From a virus: a stretch of 64,000 nucleotides of DNA. The stretch spans positions 1 through 64,000 of the IMG/VR virus record IMGVR_UViG_3300025000_000065; one strand, given 5' to 3'. Under the pieces are notes generated by a model. It was not told the DNA's origin. It did no database searches and saw only the letters and a list, made by a program, of their open reading frames with translations. This document shows, piece by piece, positions 46,361-55,427 of the stretch; positions within the stretch are counted from its first letter, which is position 1; every line of letters begins with the position of its first letter. A program made the position numbers and the translations under genes.

Positions 46361-46663
46361 ATGAAACTAATTTCACACGAAGAAGTAATCAAGGAATCTT
46401 TAAAAGATCCAGAATTTAATATTGCATATAAAAAGATTTATTATCAAAGTGATATTGCAATTGCTGTTTATAGAATTCGAAAAAATAAAAAATTAACACA
46501 AAAACAATTTTCTAAAAAATATAAAATTAAGTTAAAGAAATTAAAAGATGTAGAAAATGGAATGATTGGAGATATGACATTAGATCAGTTAGAAAACATA
46601 TTGGAAAAATTAGGATTATATATATCAATTAAATTAAAAAATTTTAGTGAAGATTTAGATTAG
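46361..46663 (+). CDS. XRE-family HTH protein
   Basis: LKDPEF...IRKNKKLTQKQFS...VENG...TLDQL; start 46361 after GAAAGGA. Confidence 0.75.
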   Translation: MKLISHEEVIKESLKDPEFNIAYKKIYYQSDIAIAVYRIRKNKKLTQKQFSKKYKIKLKKLKDVENGMIGDMTLDQLENILEKLGLYISIKLKNFSEDLD

Positions 46664-46676
46664 GAGGATTAATTAA

Positions 46677-47417
46677 TTGGATAAATATTTATGTTTATTT
46701 GCTGAAGGAACGCAATATGAAGCGGTAATGATTCATCAAAATGAATTAATGGAAAAGCATTTCAAGACTATTTTTAATTACAATGGAAGATGGTTGAACG
46801 ATGCTGGCTTTTATGATTTACCTAATGCTAAATATATTCTTGAACACTCAAATACTGGACACGGTTTTGCCAGTTGGAAGCCATTTATAATGTTACAAAC
46901 AATGCCACACATTAAAGATGGTGATTTATTGTTTTATTTAGACGTAACAGATTATGTTTATAATGATGGATTTTACAATTGGGTTGAGCATTTAGTAAAA
47001 ACTGAATTAGATGGATCTTTCTTTAATATTAATTATTATAGACATGGTGATTGGACTACCAAAAAGTGTCAAGAAATAATGGGTTGTGATAATAAGTTTT
47101 ATTATGAACAGAGGCAATTAGAATGTGGAACAATTGCTCTAGTAAAAAATAAAAAGAATATTGCCTTACTTGAAGAATGGTTGCAGTGGTGTCTTACTCC
47201 TGATGCTATTCTAAAAGATAGAAATCCAAAAGAAGAAAACGATCCTGGTTTTATTGATCATCGTACGGATCAATCGATTCTTACTAACCTGTTTTATAAG
47301 TATGGTTTAAAGGGAGTTGGTATGGAATATGTTAGTCCTGCTCCACATGGTTATATTGTTTATAATTATTTTGAACGTGGAATGACTGGTTTAGAGAATA
47401 AACATAAATACGATTAA
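46677..47417 (+). CDS. Putative nucleotide-diphospho-sugar transferase
   Basis: WKPFIM, LFYLD, DHRTDQSIL motifs; cluster context. Confidence 0.65.
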   Translation: MDKYLCLFAEGTQYEAVMIHQNELMEKHFKTIFNYNGRWLNDAGFYDLPNAKYILEHSNTGHGFASWKPFIMLQTMPHIKDGDLLFYLDVTDYVYNDGFYNWVEHLVKTELDGSFFNINYYRHGDWTTKKCQEIMGCDNKFYYEQRQLECGTIALVKNKKNIALLEEWLQWCLTPDAILKDRNPKEENDPGFIDHRTDQSILTNLFYKYGLKGVGMEYVSPAPHGYIVYNYFERGMTGLENKHKYD

Positions 47418-47428
47418 TTGGAGGATTA

Positions 47429-48055
47429 TTGAAAACATTATATGATTTAGCAAATAAGTATGGAACAGATAAAAGAGAACAAGATCATAATTATGTAAGA
47501 ATGTATGAGGAATTATTGTCTAATAGAAAAATTGATAACCTCTTGGAAATTGGTTTAGGCTCTGGTGCTTCAGCTTTAATGTGGTCAGAAGCACTTCCTA
47601 ATTCCAATATTCATATTATGGAATATTTTGATAAAGAACACGTTGAAGTTTGGAACAGTCCTCAAATTTCTGCTCCAAATTTAATGATTCATCCTGGAGA
47701 TTCTACCAAACATGAATCATGGGCTAATATTCCTTATGGATTTGATGTTATTATTGATGATGGAAGTCACTATCCGAAAGATCAAATTGAAACATTTAAT
47801 TTGGCGTTTTCACATTTAATAAGAGGAGGTTTGTATTTTATTGAAGATACTCATTGTAATTTTGAACAAAAATATACTGAGGGGAAAGATATTATATATA
47901 ATTGGGCTTTAAACTTAGTTTTTAATCAGCAACTTCCACTTTTAGGAAACACAAATGGAAATTTTTATCAGCTAAGAAATCTAATGCCTATTCCAATTCG
48001 AGATATTTATTCTTATCATTTTTATAAATCTGTAATTGTGTTCGAGAAAGCATAA
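47429..48055 (+). CDS. Class I SAM-dependent O-methyltransferase, sugar-methylating type
   Basis: YGTDK, LLEIG, IIDDGSH, GGLYFIED. Confidence 0.8.
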   Translation: MKTLYDLANKYGTDKREQDHNYVRMYEELLSNRKIDNLLEIGLGSGASALMWSEALPNSNIHIMEYFDKEHVEVWNSPQISAPNLMIHPGDSTKHESWANIPYGFDVIIDDGSHYPKDQIETFNLAFSHLIRGGLYFIEDTHCNFEQKYTEGKDIIYNWALNLVFNQQLPLLGNTNGNFYQLRNLMPIPIRDIYSYHFYKSVIVFEKA

Positions 48056-48056
48056 T

Positions 48057-48857
48057 ATGAATAATGATATATCTATTGTAATGCCAATTCATAATCAAGA
48101 ATCAATTATCTTTAAAATTTTAATGGGAATTTATAAAAATTCTTCGGAGTATGTCAAAGAATTAATTTTAATTTTGGATGGATGCACTGATCATACTCAA
48201 GAAATTGTGGAAAAATTTTTAAATACTTATAATAAAGATAATAGATTTGATGCAAAAATTTTTATAACCCCAAATATTTTCGAAGTACAATCTTGTAATA
48301 TTGGATTTAAAAACGCTACTTGTTCCTGGATTATCAACATGCAAGACGATATAGAAATTACAGAAAGACATTTTGATAAAAGATTAATGAAGCCATTTTT
48401 AAGAATACATAATCTTTTGGGTGTTACAGGTAGAGATGCTGCAAATGTTTACCTGAATACAAAATATGAAATTGAGTTTCTTGATTTAGCAGGAAGGGAT
48501 GCAAAATTTCCTTTTTTAAAGGAAAGAAACAAATTTTATATCCGTGATATAATTAATCGTGCTCCAATTTTATTCAATCATGAAAAGTTAAAAGAATTAA
48601 ATTATTTAGATGAAGATTTTGCTCCAATTTGCCAGGATGATACAGATTTATTTTTAAGAGCGTATAAAAAATTTGGTTACACTTGCGGATCTTATTTAAT
48701 AGAGTATAATTCTCCCCTAGAGTGGGGAGGAACTAGAAAGAGTGTTGAAGTTAGTAATTTTGTTCATTGGTCTGAGCAAAAAAACATGCAATTATTGAAA
48801 GAAAGACATTTACACTTGATCTTAGGAGAAAAACATAATTTTGAAATCAATATATAA
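48057..48857 (+). CDS. Glycosyltransferase family 2
   Basis: ISIVMPIHN, ILDGCTD, MQDD, LDEDF, DDTD. Confidence 0.8.
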   Translation: MNNDISIVMPIHNQESIIFKILMGIYKNSSEYVKELILILDGCTDHTQEIVEKFLNTYNKDNRFDAKIFITPNIFEVQSCNIGFKNATCSWIINMQDDIEITERHFDKRLMKPFLRIHNLLGVTGRDAANVYLNTKYEIEFLDLAGRDAKFPFLKERNKFYIRDIINRAPILFNHEKLKELNYLDEDFAPICQDDTDLFLRAYKKFGYTCGSYLIEYNSPLEWGGTRKSVEVSNFVHWSEQKNMQLLKERHLHLILGEKHNFEINI

Positions 48858-48866
48858 AGGAGAAAA

Positions 48867-49406
48867 ATGAATTTTCAAGAATATTCACAAAAATATTTTA
48901 CACTACCAATTGACTGTGATCCCATAGATAGAGCACTCAAAGGATTGAAGTATTGTATAAAAAATAATATTTTAATTATTGTTGCTGGAAATGGTGGATC
49001 TGGCTATACCGGAAGTCATTTTGTACAGGATTTAATAAAAGCCTGTCATGCTAATGCCAAATCTTTAAATGATAATACAGGATTATACTCTGCTTTATCT
49101 AATGATGTTAGACATGATGATGTTTTTATTGAACAATTATTTAGAATAAATGGAAAGTATCTGTTTGTTCCCATTAGTTTTTCTGGCAATTCCAATAATA
49201 TAATTAAAGCATCAGATTATGTTAGGAATGTTCAAAAATTACCAGTTTTAAGTTTTACTGGCAATGATGGTGGAAAACTAAAAAAAATATCTAGTTTGAA
49301 TATTAATATTGAAACAAGCAACATTTATGTTGGTGAGGGTTTTCATTCTTTGATCTTACATTATTTAGTTGATGAGTTAGCAAAGTCAATTTCTCAATTA
49401 GATTAA
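48867..49406 (+). CDS. gmhA: Sedoheptulose-7-phosphate isomerase (SIS domain)
   Basis: AGNGGS, SALSND, SFSGNSNN, FTGNDGGKL, EGFH. Confidence 0.8.
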   Translation: MNFQEYSQKYFTLPIDCDPIDRALKGLKYCIKNNILIIVAGNGGSGYTGSHFVQDLIKACHANAKSLNDNTGLYSALSNDVRHDDVFIEQLFRINGKYLFVPISFSGNSNNIIKASDYVRNVQKLPVLSFTGNDGGKLKKISSLNINIETSNIYVGEGFHSLILHYLVDELAKSISQLD

Positions 49407-49474
49407 ATCCTTGACTTTTTTATTGAAATATAGTAAACTATTGTTTAATATAGAATTGAAATAAGGAGAATAAA

Positions 49475-50464
49475 TTGATTATAGCAAAAACTCCACTTAG
49501 AATAAGCCTTTTTGGTGGTGGCACTGATTTTCCAGATTATTTTAAAGATAACCCTGGTCAAGTTTTATCAACCGCTATTGATAAATATACATATGTCATT
49601 TTAAATAAAAGACCCTTTGATGAAAAAATAAGATTGGGATATTCTAAAACCGAACTTGTAAATTATGTTTTTGAGTTAGATCATGAATTAGCAAGGGAAG
49701 CCATTAAGTTATTTAGTGCTTCTGGAATAGAAATGTCAACAATCTCAGATGTTCCAGGAGGGGTCGGTTTAGCAACAAGCAGTTCTATTCTTGTAGGAAT
49801 GTTGAATGCCTTAGCAACATATTCTAATGTGGAGTTTGATGTTTCTCATTTGATTGATTGGGCTATAAACATTGAGGTAAATAAATTAAATAAGCCTATT
49901 GGATATCAAGATCAAATTATTGTTGCTAAAGGTGGCTTTCAAAATATACATTTTAGTTCTTTATATCAGAAGCCATATAATTTTGTATACAATTTCAAAC
50001 AAACCACAATAGATCAATTGGAAAGTTGTTTAAATTTATTTTATTTTGGAGGTCAAAGAAATTCTTCAGACATATTATTAGAACAAACTAAAAACATTGA
50101 AAAAAATAATGATACCCTAAGACAAATGTATAATATTTGTGATAATGCTTATGATGAACTATCTAAGGGAAATGTTTATGAAATCGGAAACATGTTGGAT
50201 GAATCATGGAAATTAAAAAAGACTCTTGCATCAAATATCAGTAATACTGAAATTGATTATGTTTATGAAAAAGCCTTGCAAAATGGATCAAATGGTGGTA
50301 AACTTTTAGGTGCTGGAGGAAATGGATTTTTATTATTTTTTACAAAGGATTATGAAAGTAAAGAAAACTTGCTTAGATTTATGAAATATCATATGCTACG
50401 AATTAAACATGTTCCATTCAAGTTTGATAAACACGGTTCGAGAATAATTTTCAATAATGAATAA
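49475..50464 (+). CDS. hddA: D-glycero-alpha-D-manno-heptose-7-phosphate kinase (GHMP family)
   Basis: KTPLRISLFGGGTD, PGGVGLATSS, GYQDQ, GGKLLGAGGNGF; promoter TTGACT-17-TAAACT at 49411. Confidence 0.85.
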   Translation: MIIAKTPLRISLFGGGTDFPDYFKDNPGQVLSTAIDKYTYVILNKRPFDEKIRLGYSKTELVNYVFELDHELAREAIKLFSASGIEMSTISDVPGGVGLATSSSILVGMLNALATYSNVEFDVSHLIDWAINIEVNKLNKPIGYQDQIIVAKGGFQNIHFSSLYQKPYNFVYNFKQTTIDQLESCLNLFYFGGQRNSSDILLEQTKNIEKNNDTLRQMYNICDNAYDELSKGNVYEIGNMLDESWKLKKTLASNISNTEIDYVYEKALQNGSNGGKLLGAGGNGFLLFFTKDYESKENLLRFMKYHMLRIKHVPFKFDKHGSRIIFNNE

Positions 50465-50473
50465 GGAGATAGT

Positions 50474-51067
50474 TTGAACATAAATATAATTTATACACCT
50501 ACTGAAGAAGATTGGCTGAGAGTTAGAAATAATGCTCTTACAACTCAGCGAAAACAATCTGATAAAGTACCATCTCCTGAATTAAAAAAGAAAATGATTA
50601 TTTCAGAGCATTCTCCAATTAGAGATTTAAAAGCTGTTTGGGAGTGGATTGATTTACCTTATTATGTTAGCGTACATTTTACCAGACATAAAATTGGAAT
50701 TGAGCATTATGTATCGTCTCAAAGGAACGATATTCAAAAAGAATTTGATAGAAAAAATGCACCTCAATCAAATCCCGTTACACATCGTTGCTCTGCTAAT
50801 TTTCAAGCAATATTAAATATAAGTCGTGCTAGATTATGTTTAAACGCATCTCCAGAAACAACAAAAGCCTGGAAATTATTTCTATCAAGACTTTATAATT
50901 ATGAACCAGAGTTGGTACAATTGTGTGTAAAGCCTTGTATTTATAGAAATGGAATTTGTCCAGAAGTTTTTAAACAATGTGGTTATAATAAGACAAATCA
51001 TTATCATATAGTTCAAAAAGGTTATAATTATTATATTGGTTTTACGAAGGAGGATGATTTGACATAA
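50474..51067 (+). CDS. thyX: Flavin-dependent thymidylate synthase-like protein, phage type
   Basis: SEHSPIR, VHFTRHK...SSQRND, RLC..A..ET, C.YRNG.CPE. Confidence 0.7.
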   Translation: MNINIIYTPTEEDWLRVRNNALTTQRKQSDKVPSPELKKKMIISEHSPIRDLKAVWEWIDLPYYVSVHFTRHKIGIEHYVSSQRNDIQKEFDRKNAPQSNPVTHRCSANFQAILNISRARLCLNASPETTKAWKLFLSRLYNYEPELVQLCVKPCIYRNGICPEVFKQCGYNKTNHYHIVQKGYNYYIGFTKEDDLT

Positions 51068-51136
51068 TAAATAAAATTATTGTTTTATTGAGTTTATTTA
51101 TTGTTTAAAATTTTATTAAATTAAAGGAGAAATTGT

Positions 51137-52189
51137 ATGGCAAAAACGCATGAAAGTTTTGGTGATTTAGAACAAACCGATGGATCATTCGCCTTAAAAG
51201 GCGTGATTACTGGAGTGGCAAAACCAACATTTTACCAGGAAAAAAATGATAAAAATGGTAAACCATTTCGAATGATTAATTTCGGTGTTCAGGTTTCAAA
51301 GGATTGGGTTCATTATTTATCAATCAATGGAATGACTCAGGAAAAAGTATATTTCTATTCAAAAGACGATAAGAAAACACTTAGCCAGGATTGGAAATCT
51401 CGTAATTCTTTCCGCAAAGAAGGATATCGACTAATTGGAATGAACTTGGGTCTTGAAAAAACCAAAGATGAAAAAGGAAATGATGTAAACGATAAGAAAA
51501 ATCTTGTTCCTTTTGATGCTTGTGGATATATTTATGAAAATTTAAAAGATGGAATGTCAGTGTTTGTTCGTGGAAAGCTAGAATATTCTAGTTTCAACAA
51601 TAATAGCGGTGAACTGCAACGAAGTGTCAAACTTGTTCCTAACCAAATTTCTTTATGTAAAGACGTTGATTTTGATGAAAAAGATTTTGATGTTCAATCA
51701 GATTTTACTCAAACATTTGTCTTTATGGATATGGAAATGGTCAAGGATGGCGAAGAAATTCTTGGGGCAAATGTTCATGGAAGCATTATAAATTACAATA
51801 GCATTGAACAAGCTGAATTCTTTATTCGAGATTCCGCATTAGGAAAGAATTTCAAAACATTAAAACCCTATACTTTCATTAAAACATGGGGCAACCTAGA
51901 AACCGAACGCAATAAAGAAGAAGTTGCATCCGAAGATGTTTGGGGTTCAAGTAACACTATGGAATCTGTTCGTTCACCTTATAAGAAATTGTTTGTTATT
52001 ACGGGTGCAGATCCAAAATCAATGAACCGTGAAGATTATAGTGAATTAAAAATGGATAAAGCATTGCAAGCAATGAAAAAATCACAATCAGAAAAAGAAG
52101 AATTTAAAACACAGAATACTTCTACTGCTGGAATTACCGAATGGGGAAATACTACACCCGTTGAAGATGAAGAAGAAACTGGTTGGTAA
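51137..52189 (+). CDS. Putative single-stranded DNA-binding protein (SPbeta YorF-like position)
   Basis: OB-like SVFVRGKLEYS; acidic tail ending EDEEETGW; first gene of the replication block. Confidence 0.6.
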   Translation: MAKTHESFGDLEQTDGSFALKGVITGVAKPTFYQEKNDKNGKPFRMINFGVQVSKDWVHYLSINGMTQEKVYFYSKDDKKTLSQDWKSRNSFRKEGYRLIGMNLGLEKTKDEKGNDVNDKKNLVPFDACGYIYENLKDGMSVFVRGKLEYSSFNNNSGELQRSVKLVPNQISLCKDVDFDEKDFDVQSDFTQTFVFMDMEMVKDGEEILGANVHGSIINYNSIEQAEFFIRDSALGKNFKTLKPYTFIKTWGNLETERNKEEVASEDVWGSSNTMESVRSPYKKLFVITGADPKSMNREDYSELKMDKALQAMKKSQSEKEEFKTQNTSTAGITEWGNTTPVEDEEETGW

Positions 52190-52202
52190 TTATTATTAAA
52201 AA

Positions 52203-52230
52203 TAGGTGGAATTGAAATATATTCCACCTA
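52203..52230 (+). terminator. Hairpin/terminator
   Basis: TAGGTGGAAT...ATTCCACCTA. Confidence 0.55.
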
Positions 52231-52248
52231 AATAAAATAGGAGATTTT

Positions 52249-52464
52249 ATGAGAGAATTAAAAACCGTAAAAATGAGCGCAGTTGACGAACTCAGTAATG
52301 TAACAGTAAAACTTGATAGGAAAAATTTACCTGATGAGGAAACCGAAGATATTCAAATGATCACAGAAAATTTCGTTGAACTTCTACGAAAATTACATTA
52401 TAATCCTTCGGATATTCGTAATGCTGTACGTGATGTTTTAGAAAACTATGATTTTGAAGATTAA
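52249..52464 (+). CDS. Hypothetical protein
   Basis: ORF track, AGGAG RBS. Confidence 0.6.
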   Translation: MRELKTVKMSAVDELSNVTVKLDRKNLPDEETEDIQMITENFVELLRKLHYNPSDIRNAVRDVLENYDFED

Positions 52465-52474
52465 GGAGTAATTA

Positions 52475-54568
52475 ATGAAATATGTTTTAAATGAGCCAAA
52501 GGTTGCGTTAGAAAGTTTTCGACATTATTTACGTGGAACTAAAAAGGTTGGTAAAGCACAACCACTATATTCAAAAATTCAAACTCCTTATGGCGAAAAA
52601 ACAATGGGAGAAATGAATGTTGGAGATGAAATTTTTACTATTGATGGAACTGTAACAAAAATCACTGATGTTTTTCCCCAAGGTGTTAAAGATATTTATG
52701 AAGTTACCTTTTCTGATGGAAGCAAAACAAGATGTTCGGAAGATCATTTGTGGTCTGTTAGAACTAAAAAAATGAAGATCCTCGGAAAGGGATTTAATCG
52801 AATTATGACTTTAGGAGAAATTAAAAAAGATTATTTTTCTTTGGAGAAAGACGGCTATAGACATCCTAAATTTGAAATTCCCATTGCAAGTGCCGTAGAA
52901 TTTGAAAAAAGAGAAATTCCATTAGATCCCTATTTGCTAGGATTATTGTTGGGAGATGGATATATCTGTGGAAGAGTTGTTGGATTTTCCAATACAGAAG
53001 AAGATGTTTTAGAGAAAATTGAAAAAATATCTTTTGAAAAATATGGATGTGGTTTTGTTAAAAATTCAGAGCATAATTGCACGCATCATATAAAAAAACC
53101 AGATGGAGAATACAGAAATCCAATTCGAACAAAATTATCAGAATTGGGATTATTGGGATTAAAATCAAAAGATAAATTTATTCCCCAAGAATATTTATAC
53201 AATGATTATTCAACAAGATTATCTATATTACAAGGATTAATGGATACAGATGGACACATTAGTCAAGAGGGACAAGTTAATTTTTCTTCAACATCTTTAC
53301 AATTAATTGAAAATGTAAAGTGGTTAGTTCATTCCTTGGGAGGTCTTGCCACAATTCATGAAGATGCTAGAATTGGAAAAGAATCTTATTACTTAATTAT
53401 TAGAGCAAATGGATTTGTACCCGTCACATCAGAAAAACATTCTCCAAAATTTGAAAAACATAATCCAAATTTAACTAGATTTATTTCCAATATTGAATAC
53501 ATTGGTAAAGAAGAATGTCAATGTATTAAAGTTGAAGATGATTCAGAATTATATTTAACAGATGAGTTTATTGTTACCCATAATAGCACGTTGTTCCGAG
53601 ATTTAATTGTCGAATATTATGGAGATCCAAAATATGGATTAATGATTGCTCCAGGCAATGAAACAGGTTTTAAAGCCTTAGATAATCTGTATGCTATGGA
53701 AGCTCAAACATGGGAAGATTTCTGCGAAATTGTTAATGATTTAGTATTGAATAAGGCAGACAATGAATTTAAGATTATAGCAATTGATACCGTGGATGAA
53801 CTAATTGCAATTGCAGAAGAAAAAGTATTGAAAATTCATTATCAACGAAAAGGCGAAAAGGCAACTTCTATCAATGCTGCTTTAGGTGGATATGGAGCAG
53901 GAAAGAAAATGCTTCGTAAACTCATCAATGATAAAATCAAAGAAGTTGAAAATGCAGGTTATACCTGGTTTTTCGTTGGACATACGAAAGTTCGTGATAT
54001 TAAAGAAAAGGGACAAGAGGAATCATATCAACAATTAACTTCCAATCTTGAGTTTGATTATGATGCATTATTTACAGATAAAGCAGACATTATTGCCTCT
54101 TGTTACATAGAAAGAAACGTAAAAGATAATTCTTTAGAATCAACTACACGATACATTTATTTTCGCCCTAATGGTTTTGTTGATGCAGGAAGTCGTTTCA
54201 AAGATATGCCAGAGCGTGTTCCTATGACTGCACGTGATTACATTAGTGCTTTTGAACAAGGTGCAAAAGGAACTTATACAAAACCATTGACGAAAAAAGA
54301 ATTGGATAAACGAAAGAAACAAGAAGAAACAGAACGTCAAGAACAAGCTCAAAAATTTACTGAAGCCAAAAAATCTAATTTTGAAGGATTAGAAACAGTT
54401 GAAGATTATCACAAAAAGATTCAGGAAATGAAAGAAGCATTGGACTCTGAGACTGCACGTGAAAAAGGTGAGCAATTAAAAGAAGCTGGATTGCCTCTAA
54501 GATTTAAAGAAATTGAAGATCTCGAACAACTAAAATTATTCTTAAAAATCGTTTCTTCAGACGATTAA
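52475..54568 (+). CDS. AAA_24/Sak4-like ATPase (YorG-like) containing an intein
   Basis: Walker A GTKKVGK/ST split by the intein; Walker B IIAIDT; FVGH motif. Confidence 0.8.
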   Translation: MKYVLNEPKVALESFRHYLRGTKKVGKAQPLYSKIQTPYGEKTMGEMNVGDEIFTIDGTVTKITDVFPQGVKDIYEVTFSDGSKTRCSEDHLWSVRTKKMKILGKGFNRIMTLGEIKKDYFSLEKDGYRHPKFEIPIASAVEFEKREIPLDPYLLGLLLGDGYICGRVVGFSNTEEDVLEKIEKISFEKYGCGFVKNSEHNCTHHIKKPDGEYRNPIRTKLSELGLLGLKSKDKFIPQEYLYNDYSTRLSILQGLMDTDGHISQEGQVNFSSTSLQLIENVKWLVHSLGGLATIHEDARIGKESYYLIIRANGFVPVTSEKHSPKFEKHNPNLTRFISNIEYIGKEECQCIKVEDDSELYLTDEFIVTHNSTLFRDLIVEYYGDPKYGLMIAPGNETGFKALDNLYAMEAQTWEDFCEIVNDLVLNKADNEFKIIAIDTVDELIAIAEEKVLKIHYQRKGEKATSINAALGGYGAGKKMLRKLINDKIKEVENAGYTWFFVGHTKVRDIKEKGQEESYQQLTSNLEFDYDALFTDKADIIASCYIERNVKDNSLESTTRYIYFRPNGFVDAGSRFKDMPERVPMTARDYISAFEQGAKGTYTKPLTKKELDKRKKQEETERQEQAQKFTEAKKSNFEGLETVEDYHKKIQEMKEALDSETAREKGEQLKEAGLPLRFKEIEDLEQLKLFLKIVSSDD
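52556..53584 (+). mobile_element. Class 3 intein with LAGLIDADG homing endonuclease (343 aa)
   Basis: Starts AQPL, block B DHLW, block F ECQCI, ends VTHN before Ser+1; LGLLLGDG and LQGLMDTDG motifs. Confidence 0.9.
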
Positions 54569-54703
54569 TTCGAATAAAAAATAAAATGTTCATTTTATTG
54601 GTTTTAGAAGGCTATTAGAGGCATGTTTTAGGCGATTTGGAACGTTTTTAATGGTATATTATCAGTAGACAGCTTTATAGGTATATTATCGGTAGAATTC
54701 AAT

Positions 54704-54739
54704 AAAATAGGGAAGAAAAATAAAATTCTTCCCTATTTT
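54704..54739 (+). terminator. Intrinsic terminator
   Basis: AAAATAGGGAAGAA...TTCTTCCCTATTTT. Confidence 0.65.
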
Positions 54740-54779
54740 AAAACAATAATACAAAATAAAAATTACTTCGGGAGGTACA

Positions 54780-55424
54780 ATGATTATCACCACTCGGAAG
54801 TGTGGATTGTGTAAAGAAAACATAGAATTAGAAAAAGAGAAAAAAACAGTTCTTCAAAGTAAAAAATATTATCATTATGATTGTTTTATAGAAAAAGAGA
54901 TAAATAAAAAACGCAATGTTTTAACTAAAGAAAAAATAGAAAATTTAGCAAATCAACTTATAGAAGAAAATAAAGATTTTATAAATGAAATAATTAATAA
55001 AAATCATTTATATTTATGGTTACAAAAAAAATATAATTTAATAATTATTCCAACTTATGTATATCAGAAATTAGCAGATATATATAATGGAACTTGGAAA
55101 GACATTAATATAAAAATTCCTCCAGAAGATATTCTGGATATGTTTAAAAGACAATGGCATAATCTAGAGCAAATCAATATTAGCAATATTAATAAAGGAA
55201 AAAAATTAAGTCCAGAAAATAGGTTGAATTATGACTTAAGTGTTATAATAAATAAATCAAGTAGTTATTATGAATGGAGGAAAAAACAGGAAGAGCAACA
55301 AATAGAAATGATGCAATCCATAGAATCTTCACAAGCAACTAATAATTTTAGAAGCTCTATGGGGATTGAACAAAATATTACAAGCAATGAAAACGACTTA
55401 TCTCAATATTTAGAGGAGATTTAA
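54780..55424 (+). CDS. Zn-binding protein upstream of the helicase (YorH-like position, possible loader)
   Basis: CGLC...HYDC; GGAGG RBS; position in operon. Confidence 0.55.
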   Translation: MIITTRKCGLCKENIELEKEKKTVLQSKKYYHYDCFIEKEINKKRNVLTKEKIENLANQLIEENKDFINEIINKNHLYLWLQKKYNLIIIPTYVYQKLADIYNGTWKDINIKIPPEDILDMFKRQWHNLEQINISNINKGKKLSPENRLNYDLSVIINKSSSYYEWRKKQEEQQIEMMQSIESSQATNNFRSSMGIEQNITSNENDLSQYLEEI

Positions 55425-55427
55425 AAA

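Larger units (their letters stand above)
13830..54599 (+). repeat. Dispersed palindrome AATAAAA-N6-TTTTATT at gene boundaries (about 25 copies in this span plus one at 1302)
   Basis: Left arms at 13830, 15591, 16303, 16923, 18656, 20527, 21979, 22441, 22815, 23505, 24308, 24943, 26055, 26481, 30644, 34040, 36806, 38185, 38511, 38544, 39738, 39963, 46327, 51070, 54580; at most one arm mismatch, spacer always 6 bp. Confidence 0.9.
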
